Below are positions 1 to 13,552 of a DNA stretch of 64,000 bases, piece by piece (the stretch's first letter is position 1; each line of letters starts with the position of its first letter). Under the pieces are notes generated by a model that ran no database searches, had not been told where the DNA came from, and worked only from the letters and a program-made list of their open reading frames with translations. The position numbers and the translations under genes are program-made. This DNA comes from Auanema rhodensis. Lineage: Eukaryota > Animalia > Nematoda. The stretch is from the NCBI GenBank assembly GCA_964057225.1, contig OZ059898.1:18786001-18850000 (forward strand). Reading direction: 5' to 3'.

Positions 1-8
1 TATTGGTG

Positions 9-21
9 CATGGTAACCATG
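9..21. other. Interrupted palindrome CATGGT-A-ACCATG (in most monomers; contains BstEII site GGTNACC)
   Basis: Directly visible; broken in GCAACC variant monomers. Confidence 0.9.
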
Positions 22-58
22 ACTTTGAAATTTACGTGAACTTTAATTTATGCTTATT

Positions 59-81
59 AAGTGTACACGTGATGTGCACTT
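59..81. other. Inverted repeat AAGTGTACA-N5-TGTGCACTT (9-bp stem with one G:T pair) in nearly every monomer
   Basis: The reverse complement of TGTGCACTT is AAGTGCACA, an 8/9 match to the left arm. The region also contains the palindromes GTGTACAC and GTGCAC. Confidence 0.85.
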
Positions 82-95
82 GGTATGTAACTCGC

Positions 96-105
96 TTCAC
101 GTGAA
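96..105. other. Perfect 10-bp palindrome TTCACGTGAA containing a CACGTG E-box/G-box core
   Basis: Directly visible in the majority of monomers; function unknown. Confidence 0.85.
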
Positions 106-3100
106 AGATAAAGGGATGCGGTTTTCAAAATTAGATTCCCCATGTCCATATTAGTCTAAAAACAAATTATTATTGATATTGGTGCATGGTAACCATGACT
201 TTAAAATCAACGTGAACTTTAATTTATGCTAATTAAGTGTACACATGATGTGCACTTGGTATGTAACTCGCTTCACGTCAAAGATAAACAGATGCGGTTT
301 TCAAAATTAGATTCCCCATGTCCATATTAGTCTAAAAACAAATTTTTATTGATATTGGTGCATGGTAACCATGACTTTGAAATTTACGTGAACTTTAATT
401 TATGCTAATTAAGTGTACACATGATGTGCACTTGGTATGTAACTCGCTTCACGTGAAAGATAAAGAGATGCGGTTTTCAAAATTAGATTCCCCATGTCCA
501 TATTAGTCTAAAAACAAATTTTTATTGATATTGGTGCATGGCAACCATGACTTTAAAATTTACGTGTACTTTAATTTATGCTAATTAAGTGTACACATGA
601 TGTGCACTTGGTATGTAACTCGCTTCACGTCAAAGATAAAGAGATGGGGTTTTCAAAATTAGATTCCCCATGTCCATATTAGTCTAAAAACAAATTTTTA
701 TTAATATTGGTGCATGGTAACCATGACTTTGAAATTTACGTGAACTTTAATTTATGCTTATTAAGTGTACACGTGATGTGCACTTAGTATGTAACTCGCT
801 TCACGTGAAAGATAAATGGATGCGGTTTTCAAAATTAGATTCCCCATGTCCATATTAGTCTAAAAATAAATTTTTATTAATATTGGTGCATGGTAACCAT
901 GACTTTGAAATTTACGTGAACTTTAATTTATGCTTATTAAGTGTACACGTGATGTGCACTTAGTATGTAACTCGCTTCACGTGAAAGATAAATGGATGCG
1001 GTTTTCAAAATTAGATTTCCCATGCCCATATTAGTCTAAAAACAAATTTTTATTGATATTGGTGCATGGCAACCATGACTTTAAAATTTACGTGTACTTT
1101 AATTTATGCTAATTAAGTGTACACATGATGTGCACTTGGTATGTAACTCGCTTCACGTCAAAGATAAAGAGATGGGGTTTTCAAAATTAGATTCCCCATG
1201 TCCATATTAGTCTAAAAACAAATTTTTATTAATATTGGTGCATGGTAACCATGACTTTGAAATTTACGTGAACTTTAATTTATGCTTATTAAGTGTACAC
1301 GTGATGTGCACTTAGTATGTAACTCGCTTCACGTGAAAGATAAATGGATGCGGTTTTCAAAATTAGATTTCCCATGCCCATATTAGTCTAAAAACAAATT
1401 TTTATTGATATTGGTGCATGGCAACCATGACTTTAAAATTTACGTGTACTTTAATTTATGCTAATTAAGTGTACACATGATGTGCACTTGGTATGTAACT
1501 CGCTTCACGTCAAAGATAAAGAGATGCGGTTTTCAAAATTAGATTCCCCATGTCCATATTAGTCTAAAAATAAATTTTTATTAATATTGGTGCATGGTAA
1601 CCATGACTTTGAAATTTACGTGAACTTTAATTTATGCTTATTAAGTGTACACGTGATGTGCACTTGGTATGTAACTCGCTTCACGTGAAAGATAAAGGGA
1701 TGCGGTTTTCAAAATTAGATTCCCCATGTCCATATTAGTCTAAAAACAAATTATTATTGATATTGGTGCATGGTAACCATGACTTTAAAATCAACGTGAA
1801 CTTTAATTTATGCTAATTAAGTGTACACATGATGTGCACTTGGTATGTAACTCGCTTCACGTCAAAGATAAACAGATGCGGTTTTCAAAATTAGATTCCC
1901 CATGTCCATATTAGTCTAAAAACAAATTTTTATTGATATTGGTGCATGGTAACCATGACTTTGAAATTTACGTGAACTTTAATTTATGCTAATTAAGTGT
2001 ACACATGATGTGCACTTGGTATGTAACTCGCTTCACGTGAAAGATAAAGAGATGCGGTTTTCAAAATTAGATTCCCCATGTCCATATTAGTCTAAAAACA
2101 AATTTTTATTGATATTGGTGCATGGCAACCATGACTTTAAAATTTACGTGTACTTTAATTTATGCTAATTAAGTGTACACATGATGTGCACTTGGTATGT
2201 AACTCGCTTCACGTCAAAGATAAAGAGATGGGGTTTTCAAAATTAGATTCCCCATGTCCATATTAGTCTAAAAACAAATTTTTATTAATATTGGTGCATG
2301 GTAACCATGACTTTGAAATTTACGTGAACTTTAATTTATGCTTATTAAGTGTACACGTGATGTGCACTTGGTATGTAACTCGCTTCACGTGAAAGATAAA
2401 TGGATGCGGTTTTCAAAATTAGATTTCCCATGCCCATATTAGTCTAAAAACAAATTTTTATTGATATTGGTCCATGGCAACCATGACTTTAAAATTTACG
2501 TGTACTTTAATTTATGCTAATTAAGTGTACACATGATGTGCACTTGGTATGTAACTCGCTTCACGTCAAAGATAAAGAGATGCGGTTTTCAAAATTAGAT
2601 TCCCCATGTCCATATTAGTCTAAAAACAAATTTTTATTAATATTGGTGCATGGTAACCATGACTTTGAAATTTACGTGAACTTTAATTTATGCTTATTAA
2701 GTGTACACGTGATGTGCACTTGGTATGTAACTCGCTTCACGTGAAAGATAAAGGGATGCGGTTTTCAAAATTAGATTCCCCATGTCCATATTAGTCTAAA
2801 AACAAATTATTATTGATATTGGTGCATGGTAACCATGACTTTAAAATCAACGTGAACTTTAATTTATGCTAATTAAGTGTACACATGATGTGCACTTGGT
2901 ATGTAACTCGCTTCACGTCAAAGATAAACAGATGCGGTTTTCAAAATTAGATTCCCCATGTCCATATTAGTCTAAAAACAAATTTTTATTGATATTGGTG
3001 CATGGTAACCATGACTTTGAAATTTACGTGAACTTTAATTTATACTAATTAAGTGTACACATGATGTGCACTTGGTATGTAACTCGCTTCACGTGAAAGA

Positions 3101-4427
3101 TAAAGAGATGCGGTTTTCAAAATTAGATTCCGCATGTCCATATTAGTCTAAAAACAAATTTTTATTGATATTGGTGCATGGTAACCATGACTTTGAAATT
3201 TACGTGAACTTTAATTTATGCTAATTAAGTGTACACGTGATGTGCACTTGGTATGTAACTCGCTTCACGTGAAAGATAAAGAGATGCGGTTTTCAAAATT
3301 AGATTCCCCATGTCCATATTAGTCTAAAAACAAATTTTTATTGATATTGGTGCATGGCAACCATGACTTTAAAATTTACGTGTACTTTAATTTATGCTAA
3401 TTAAGTGTACACATGATGTGCACTTGGTATGTAACTCGCTTCACGTCAAAGATAAACAGATGCGGTTTTCAAAATTAGATTCCCCATGTCCATATTAGTC
3501 TAAAAACAAATTTTTATTGATATTGGTGCATGGTAACCATGACTTTGAAATTTACGTGAACTTTAATTTATGCTAATTAAGTGTACACGTGATGTGCACT
3601 TGGTATGTAACTCGCTTCACAAGAAAGATGAAGAGATGCGGTTTTCAAAATTAGATTCCTCATGCCCATATTAGTCTAAAAACAAATTTTTATTGATATT
3701 GGTGCATGGCAACCATGACTTTAAAATTTACGTGTACTTTAATTTATGCTAATTAAGTGTACACATGATGTGCACTTGGTATCTAACTCGCTTCACGTGA
3801 AAGATAAAGTGATGCGGTTTTCAAAATTAGATTCCGCATGTCCATATTAGTCTAAAAACAAATTTTTATTAATATTGGTGCATGGTAACCATGACTTTGA
3901 AATTTACGTGAACTTTAATTTATGCTTATTAAGTGTACACATGATGTGCACTTGGTATGTAACTCGCTTCACGTCAAAGATAAAGAGATGGGGTTTTCAA
4001 AATTAGATTCCCCATGTCCATATTAGTCTAAAAACAAATTTTTATTGATATTGGTGCATGGTAACCATGACTTTGAAATTTACGTGAACTTTAATTTATG
4101 CTAATTAAGTGTACACGTGATGTGCACTTGGAATGTAACTCGCTTCACGTGAAAGATGAAGAGATGCGGTTTTCAAAATTAGATTCCCCATGTCCATATT
4201 AATCTAAAAACAAATTTTTATTGATATTGGTGCATGGTAACCATGACTTTGAAATTTACGTGAACTTTAATTTATGCTAATTAAGTGTACACATGATGTG
4301 CACTTGGTATGTAACTCGCTTCACGAGAAAGATAAAAAGATGCGGTTTTCAAATTTAGATTTCGCGTGTCCATATTAGTCTAAAAACGAATTTTTATTGA
4401 TATTGATGCATGGTAACCATGACTTTA

Positions 4428-7400
4428 AAATTTACGTGAACTTTAATTTATGCTAATTAAGTGTACACGTGATGTGCACTTGGTATGTAACTCGCTTCAC
4501 GTGAAAGATAAAGAGATGCGGTTTTCAAAATTAGATTCCTCATGTTCATATTAGTCTAAAAACGAATTTTTATTGATATTGATGCATGGTAACCATGACT
4601 TTAAAATTTACGTGAACTTTAATTTATGCTAATTAAGTGTACACATGATGTGCACTTGGTATGTAACTCGCTTCACGTCAAAGATAAAGAGATGCGGTTT
4701 TCAAAATTAGATTCCCCATGTCCATATTAGTCTAAAAACAAATTTTTATTGATATTGGTGCATGGCAACCATGACTTTAAAATTTACGTGTACTTTAATT
4801 TATGCTAATTAAGTGTACACATGATGTGCACTTGGTATGTAACTCGCTTCACGTGAAAGATAAAGTGATGCGGTTTTCAAAATTAGATTCCGCATGTCCA
4901 TATTAGTCTAAAAACAAATTTTTATTGATATTGGTGCATGGTAACCATGACTTTGAAATTTACGTGAACTTTAATTTATGCTAATTAAGTGTACACGTGA
5001 TGTGCACTTGGAATGTAACTCGCTTCACGTGAAAGATAAAGAGATGCGGTTTTCAAAATTAGATTCCGCATGTCCATATTAGTCTAAAAACAAATTTTTA
5101 TTGATATTGGTGCATGGTAACCATGACTTTGAAATTTACGTGAACTTTAATTTATGCTAATTAAGTGTACACGTGATGTGCACTTGGTATGTAACTCGCT
5201 TCACAAGAAAGATAAAGAGATGCGGTTTTCAAAATTAGATTCCTCATGCCCATATTAGTCTAAAAACAAATTTTTATTGATATTGGTGCATGGCAACCAT
5301 GACTTTAAAATTTACGTGTACTTTAATTTATGCTAATTAAGTGTACACATGATGTGCACTTGGTATGTAACTCGCTTCACGTGAAAGATAAAGTGATGCG
5401 GTTTTCAAAATTAGTTTCCGCATGTCCATATTAGTCTAAAAACAAATTTTTATTGATATTGGTGCATGGCAACCATGACTTTAAAATTTACGTGTACTTT
5501 AATTTATGCTAATTAAGTGTACACATGATGTGCACTTGGTATGTAACTCGCTTCGCGTCAAAGATAAAGAGATGGGGTTTTCAAAATTAGATTCCCCATG
5601 TCCATATTAGTCTAAAAACAAATTTTTATTGATATTGGTGCATGGTAACCATGACTTTAAAATTTACGTGTACTTTAATTTATGCTAATTAAGTGTACAC
5701 ATGATGTGCACTTGGTATGTAACTCGCTTCACGTCAAAGATAAAGAGATGCGGTTTTCAAAATTAGATTCCCCATGTCCATATTAGTCTAAAAACAAATT
5801 TTTATTAATATTGGTGCATGGTAACCATGACTTTGAAATTTACGTGAACTTTAATTTATGCTTATTAAGTGTACACGTGATGTGCACTTGGTATGTAACT
5901 CGCTTCACGTCAAAGATAAAGAGATGCGGTTTTCAAAATTAGATTCCCCATGTCCATATTAGTCTAAAAACAAATTTTTATTAATATTGGTGCATGGTAA
6001 CCATGACTTTGAAATTTACGTGAACTTTAATTTATGCTTATTAAGTGTACACGTGATGTGCACTTGGTATGTAACTCGCTTCACGTGAAAGATAAAGGGA
6101 CGCGGTTTTCAAAATTAGATTCCCCATGTCCATATTAGTCTAAAAACAAATTATTATTGATATTGGTGCATGGTAACCATGACTTTAAAATCAACGTGAA
6201 CTTTAATTTATGCTAATTAAGTGTACACATGATGTGCACTTGGTATGTAACTCGCTTCACGTGAAAGATAAAGAGATGCGGTTTTCAAAATTAGATTCCC
6301 CATGTCCATATTAGTCTAAAAACAAAATTTTATTGATATTGGTGCATGGCAACCATGACTTTGAAATTTACGTGTACTTTAATTTATGCTAATTAAGTGT
6401 ACACATGATGTGCACTTGGTATGTAACTCGCTTCACGAGAAAGATAAAAAGGTGCGGTTTTCAAATTTAGATTTCGCGTGTCCATATTAGTCTAAAAACA
6501 AATTTTTATTGATATTGGTGCATGGTAACCATGACTTTGAAATTTACGTGAACTTTAATTTATGCTAATTAAGTGTACACATGATGTGCACTTGGTATGT
6601 AACTCGCTTCACGTCAAAGATAAAGAGATGCGGTTTTCAAAATTAGATTCCCCATGTCCATATTAGTCTAAAAACAAATTTTTATTAATATTGGTGCATG
6701 GTAACCATGACTTTGAAATTTACGTGAACTTTAATTTATGCTTATTAAGTGTACACGTGATGTGCACTTGGTATGTAACTCGCTTCACGTGAAAGATAAA
6801 TGGATGCGGTTTTCAAAATTAGATTCCCCATGTCCATATTAGTCTAAAAACAAATTTTTATTGATATTGGTGCATGGTAACCATGACTTTGAAATTTACG
6901 TGAACTTTAATTTATGCTAATTAAGTGTACACGTGATGTGCACTTGGTATGTAACTCGCTTCACGTGAAAGATAAAGAGATGCGGTTTTCAAAATTAGAT
7001 TCCTCATGTTCATATTAGTCTAAAAACGAATTTTTATTGATATTGATGCATGGTAACCATGACTTTAAAATTTACGTGAACTTTAATTTATGCTAATTAA
7101 GTGTACACATGATGTGCACTTGGTATGTAACTCGCTTCACGTCAAAGATAAAGAGATGCGGTTTTCAAAATTAGATTCCCCATGTCCATATTAGTCTAAA
7201 AACAAATTTTTATTGATATTGGTGCATGGCAACCATGACTTTAAAATTTACGTGTACTTTAATTTATGCTAATTAAGTGTACACATGATGTGCACTTGGT
7301 ATGTAACTCGCTTCACGTGAAAGATAAAGTGATGCGGTTTTCAAAATTAGATTCCGCATGTCCATATTAGTCTAAAAACAAATTTTTATTGATATTGGTG

Positions 7401-9411
7401 CATGGTAACCATGACTTTGAAATTTACGTGAACTTTAATTTATGCTAATTAAGTGTACACGTGATGTGCACTTGGAATGTAACTCGCTTCACGTGAAAGA
7501 TAAAGAGATGCGGTTTTCAAAATTAGATTCCGCATGTCCATATTAGTCTAAAAACAAATTTTTATTGATATTGGTGCATGGTAACCATGACTTTGAAATT
7601 TACGTGAACTTTAATTTATGCTAATTAAGTGTACACGTGATGTGCACTTGGTATGTAACTCGCTTCACAAGAAAGATAAAGAGATGCGGTTTTCAAAATT
7701 AGATTCCTCATGCCCATATTAGTCTAAAAACAAATTTTTATTGATATTGGTGCATGGCAACCATGACTTTAAAATTTACGTGTACTTTAATTTATGCTAA
7801 TTAAGTGTACACATGATGTGCACTTGGTATGTAACTCGCTTCACGTGAAAGATAAAGTGATGCGGTTTTCAAAATTAGATTCCGCATGTCCATATTAGTC
7901 TAAAAACAAATTTTTATTGATATTGGTGCATGGCAACCATGACTTTAAAATTTACGTGTACTTTAATTTATGCTAATTAAGTGTACACATGATGTGCACT
8001 TGGTATGTAACTCGCTTCGCGTCAAAGATAAAGAGATGGGGTTTTCAAAATTAGATTCCCCATGTCCATATTAGTCTAAAAACAAATTTTTATTGATATT
8101 GGTGCATGGTAACCATGACTTTAAAATTTACGTGTACTTTAATTTATGCTAATTAAGTGTACACATGATGTGCACTTGGTATGTAACTCGCTTCACGTCA
8201 AAGATAAAGAGATGCGGTTTTCAAAATTAGATTCCCCATGTCCATATTAGTCTAAAAACAAATTTTTATTAATATTGGTGCATGGTAACCATGACTTTGA
8301 AATTTACGTGAACTTTAATTTATGCTTATTAAGTGTACACGTGATGTGCACTTGGTATGTAACTCGCTTCACGTCAAAGATAAAGAGATGCGGTTTTCAA
8401 AATTAGATTCCCCATGTCCATATTAGTCTAAAAACAAATTTTTATTAATATTGGTGCATGGTAACCATGACTTTGAAATTTACGTGAACTTTAATTTATG
8501 CTTATTAAGTGTACACGTGATGTGCACTTGGTATGTAACTCGCTTCACGTGAAAGATAAAGGGACGCGGTTTTCAAAATTAGATTCCCCATGTCCATATT
8601 AGTCTAAAAACAAATTATTATTGATATTGGTGCATGGTAACCATGACTTTAAAATCAACGTGAACTTTAATTTATGCTAATTAAGTGTACACATGATGTG
8701 CACTTGGTATGTAACTCGCTTCACGTGAAAGATAAAGAGATGCGGTTTTCAAAATTAGATTCCCCATGTCCATATTAGTCTAAAAACAAAATTTTATTGA
8801 TATTGGTGCATGGCAACCATGACTTTGAAATTTACGTGTACTTTAATTTATGCTAATTAAGTGTACACATGATGTGCACTTGGTATGTAACTCGCTTCAC
8901 GAGAAAGATAAAAAGGTGCGGTTTTCAAATTTAGATTTCGCGTGTCCATATTAGTCTAAAAACAAATTTTTATTGATATTGGTGCATGGTAACCATGACT
9001 TTGAAATTTACGTGAACTTTAATTTATGCTAATTAAGTGTACACATGATGTGCACTTGGTATGTAACTCGCTTCACGTCAAAGATAAAGAGATGCGGTTT
9101 TCAAAATTAGATTCCCCATGTCCATATTAGTCTAAAAACAAATTTTTATTAATATTGGTGCATGGTAACCATGACTTTGAAATTTACGTGAACTTTAATT
9201 TATGCTTATTAAGTGTACACGTGATGTGCACTTGGTATGTAACTCGCTTCACGTGAAAGATAAATGGATGCGGTTTTCAAAATTAGATTCCCCATGTCCA
9301 TATTAGTCTAAAAACAAATTTTTATTGATATTGGTGCATGGTAACCATGACTTTGAAATTTACGTGAACTTTAATTTATGCTAATTAAGTGTACACGTGA
9401 TGTGCACTTGG
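4428..9411. repeat. Tandem duplication of a 14-monomer block (2464 bp)
   Basis: Markers at a 2464 offset: TCCTCATGTTC 4537/7001, CTTCGCGTCA 5551/8015, GGGACGCGG 6101/8565, and TCAACG monomers at 6161/8625. One private SNP (T5415 vs A7879). Confidence 0.9.
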
Positions 9412-12400
9412 AATGTAACTCGCTTCACGTGAAAGATAAAGAGATGCGGTTTTCAAAATTAGATTCCCCATGTCCATATTAGTCTAAAAACAAATTTTTA
9501 TTGATATTGGTGCATGGTAACCATGACTTTGAAATTTACGTGAACTTTAATTTATGCTAATTAAGTGTACACATGATGTGCACTTGGTATGTAACTCGCT
9601 TCACGTGAAAGATAAAGTGATGCGGTTTTCAAAATTAGATTCCGCATGTCCATATTAGTCTAAAAACAAATTTTTATTGATATTGGTGCATGGCAACCAT
9701 GACTTTAAAATTTACGTGTACTTTAATTTATGCTAATTAAGTGTACACATGATGTGCACTTGGTATGTAACTCGCTTCGCGTCAAAGATAAAGAGATGGG
9801 GTTTTCAAAATTAGATTCCCCATGTCCATATTAGTCTAAAAACAAATTTTTATTAATATTGGTGCATGGTAACCATGACTTTGAAATTTACGTGAACTTT
9901 AATTTATGCTTATTAAGTGTACACGTGATGTGCACTTGGTATGTAACTCGCTTCACAAGAAAGATAAAGAGATGCGGTTTTCAAAATTAGATTCCTCATG
10001 CCCATATTAGTCTAAAAACAAATTTTTATTGATATTGGTGCATGGCAACCATGACTTTAAAATTTACGTGTACTTTAATTTATGCTAATTAAGTGTACAC
10101 ATGATGTGCACTTGGTATGTAACTCGCTTCACGTGAAAGATAAAGTGATGCGGTTTTCAAAATTAGATTCCGCATGTCCATATTAGTCTAAAAACAAATT
10201 TTTATTGATATTGGTGCATGGCAACCATGACTTTAAAATTTACGTGTACTTTAATTTATGCTAATTAAGTGTACACATGATGTGCACTTGGTATGTAACT
10301 CGCTTCACGTCAAAGATAAAGAGATGCGGTTTTCAAAATTAGATTCCCCATGTCCATATTAGTCTAAAAACAAATTTTTATTAATATTGGTGCATGGTAA
10401 CCATGACTTTGAAATTTACGTGAACTTTAATTTATGCTTATTAAGTGTACACGTGATGTGCACTTGGTATGTAACTCGCTTCACGTGAAAGATAAATGGA
10501 TGCGGTTTTCAAAATTAGATTCCCCATGTCCATATTAGTCTAAAAACAAATTTTTATTGATATTGGTGCATGGTAACCATGACTTTGAAATTTACGTGAA
10601 CTTTAATTTATGCTAATTAAGTGTACACGTGATGTGCACTTGGAATGTAACTCGCTTCACGTGAAAGATAAAGAGATGCGGTTTTCAAAATTAGATTCCC
10701 CATGTCCATATTAGTCTAAAAACAAATTTTTATTAATATTGGTGCATGGTAACCATGACTTTGAAATTTACGTGAACTTTAATTTATGCTAATTAAGTGT
10801 ACACATGATGTGCACTTGGTATGTAACTCGCTTCACGTCAAAGATAAAGAGATGCGGTTTTCAAAATTAGATTCCCCATGTCCATATTAGTCTAAAAACA
10901 AATTTTTATTAATATTGGTGCATGGTAACCATGACTTTGAAATTTACGTGAACTTTAATTTATGCTTATTAAGTGTACACGTGATGTGCACTTGGTATGT
11001 AACTCGCTTCACGTCAAAGATAAAGAGATGCGGTTTTCAAAATTAGATTCCCCATGTCCATATTAGTCTAAAAACAAATTTTTATTAATATTGGTGCATG
11101 GTAACCATGACTTTGAAATTTACGTGAACTTTAATTTATGCTTATTAAGTGTACACGTGATGTGCACTTGGTATGTAACTCGCTTCACGTGAAAGATAAA
11201 GGGACGCGGTTTTCAAAATTAGATTCCCCATGTCCATATTAGTCTAAAAACAAATTATTATTGATATTGGTGCATGGTAACCATGACTTTAAAATCAACG
11301 TGAACTTTAATTTATGCTAATTAAGTGTACACATGATGTGCACTTGGTATGTAACTCGCTTCACGTGAAAGATAAAGAGATGCGGTTTTCAAAATTAGAT
11401 TCCCCATGTCCATATTAGTCTAAAAACAAAATTTTATTGATATTGGTGCATGGCAACCATGACTTTGAAATTTACGTGTACTTTAATTTATGCTAATTAA
11501 GTGTACACATGATGTGCACTTGGTATGTAACTCGCTTCACGAGAAAGATAAAAAGGTGCGGTTTTCAAATTTAGATTTCGCGTGTCCATATTAGTCTAAA
11601 AACAAATTTTTATTGATATTGGTGCATGGTAACCATGACTTTGAAATTTACGTGAACTTTAATTTATGCTAATTAAGTGTACACATGATGTGCACTTGGT
11701 ATGTAACTCGCTTCACGTCAAAGATAAAGAGATGCGGTTTTCAAAATTAGATTCCCCATGTCCATATTAGTCTAAAAACAAATTTTTATTAATATTGGTG
11801 CATGGTAACCATGACTTTGAAATTTACGTGAACTTTAATTTATGCTTATTAAGTGTACACGTGATGTGCACTTGGTATGTAACTCGCTTCACGTGAAAGA
11901 TAAATGGATGCGGTTTTCAAAATTAGATTCCCCATGTCTATATTAGTCTAAAAACAAATTTTTATTGATATTGGTGCATGGTAACCATGACTTTGAAATT
12001 TACGTGAACTTTAATTTATGCTAATTAAGTGTACACGTGATGTGCACTTGGAATGTAACTCGCTTCACGTGAAAGATAAAGAGATGCGGTTTTCAAAATT
12101 AGATTCCCCATGTCCATATTAGTCTAAAAACAAATTTTTATTGATATTGGTGCATGGTAACCATGACTTTGAAATTTACGTGAACTTTAATTTATGCTAA
12201 TTAAGTGTACACATGATGTGCACTTGGTATGTAACTCGCTTCACGTGAAAGATAAAGTGATGCGGTTTTCAAAATTAGATTCCGCATGTCCATATTAGTC
12301 TAAAAACAAATTTTTATTGATATTGGTGCATGGCAACCATGACTTTAAAATTTACGTGTACTTTAATTTATGCTAATTAAGTGTACACATGATGTGCACT

Positions 12401-12635
12401 TGGTATGTAACTCGCTTCGCGTCAAAGATAAAGAGATGGGGTTTTCAAAATTAGATTCCCCATGTCCATATTAGTCTAAAAACAAATTTTTATTAATATT
12501 GGTGCATGGTAACCATGACTTTGAAATTTACGTGAACTTTAATTTATGCTTATTAAGTGTACACGTGATGTGCACTTGGTATGTAACTCGCTTCACAAGA
12601 AAGATAAAGAGATGCGGTTTTCAAAATTAGATTCC
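8140..12635. repeat. ~1.85-kb block repeated at a 15-monomer offset (2640 bp): ~8140-9995 and ~10780-12635
   Basis: Sequence lines 8161-9960 and 10801-12600 match, including the GGGACG, TCAACG, AAAGGTGCG and CACAAG markers, apart from a SNP at 11939. Confidence 0.85.
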
Positions 12636-13552
12636 CCATGTCCATATTAGTCTAAAAACAAATTTTTATTGATATTGGTGCATGGTAACCATGACTTTGA
12701 AATTTACGTGAACTTTAATTTATGCTAATTAAGTGTACACATGATGTGCACTTGGTATGTAACTCGCTTCACGTGAAAGATAAAGTGATGCGGTTTTCAA
12801 AATTAGATTCCGCATGTCCATATTAGTCTAAAAACAAATTTTTATTGATATTGGTGCATGGCAACCATGACTTTAAAATTTACGTGTACTTTAATTTATG
12901 CTAATTAAGTGTACACATGATGTGCACTTGGTATGTAACTCGCTTCGCGTCAAAGATAAAGAGATGGGGTTTTCAAAATTAGATTCCCCATGTCCATATT
13001 AGTCTAAAAACAAATTTTTATTAATATTGGTGCATGGTAACCATGACTTTGAAATTTACGTGAACTTTAATTTATGCTTATTAAGTGTACACGTGATGTG
13101 CACTTGGTATGTAACTCGCTTCACAAGAAAGATAAAGAGATGCGGTTTTCAAAATTAGATTCCTCATGCCCATATTAGTCTAAAAACAAATTTTTATTGA
13201 TATTGGTGCATGGCAACCATGACTTTAAAATTTACGTGTACTTTAATTTATGCTAATTAAGTGTACACATGATGTGCACTTGGTATGTAACTCGCTTCAC
13301 GTGAAAGATAAAGTGATGCGGTTTTCAAAATTAGATTCCGCATGTCCATATTAGTCTAAAAACAAATTTTTATTGATATTGGTGCATGGCAACCATGACT
13401 TTGAAATTTACGTGTACTTTAATTTATGCTAATTAAGTGTACACATGATGTGCACTTGGTATGTAACTCGCTTCACGTCAAAGATAAAGAGATGCGGTTT
13501 TCAAAATTAGATTCCCCATGTCCATATTAGTCTAAAAACAAATTTTTATTAA

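Larger units (their letters stand above)
1..176. repeat. Representative 176-bp monomer (arbitrary phase)
   Basis: First full unit; the next unit starts at 177 with the same sequence. Confidence 0.98.
1..2370. repeat. 9-monomer-offset (1584 bp) repeat: monomers 1-4 recur as monomers 10-13
   Basis: The ordered markers AAAGGGATG / AATTATTATT / AAATCAACG+AAACAGATG / GCAACC+GATGGGG occur at 1-704 and again at 1585-2288. The first two monomers recur again at 2641-2992. Confidence 0.75.

Noticed and set aside
96-103. Yeast-type point centromere (CDEI-CDEII-CDEIII)
   Set aside because: TCACGTG resembles CDEI, but there is no following >90% AT CDEII or CDEIII, and the context is a large satellite array.
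1-176. Assignment to known similar-length satellites (Brassica CentBr 176 bp, Arabidopsis CEN178, alpha satellite)
   Set aside because: Only the length is similar. I recognise none of their sequence motifs (for example there is no AAGCTT site), and a database search is needed.
1-176. Tandem tRNA, 5S rRNA or snRNA gene array
   Set aside because: There is no cloverleaf, no convincing A/B box or 5S internal control sequence, and no recognisable RNA gene.
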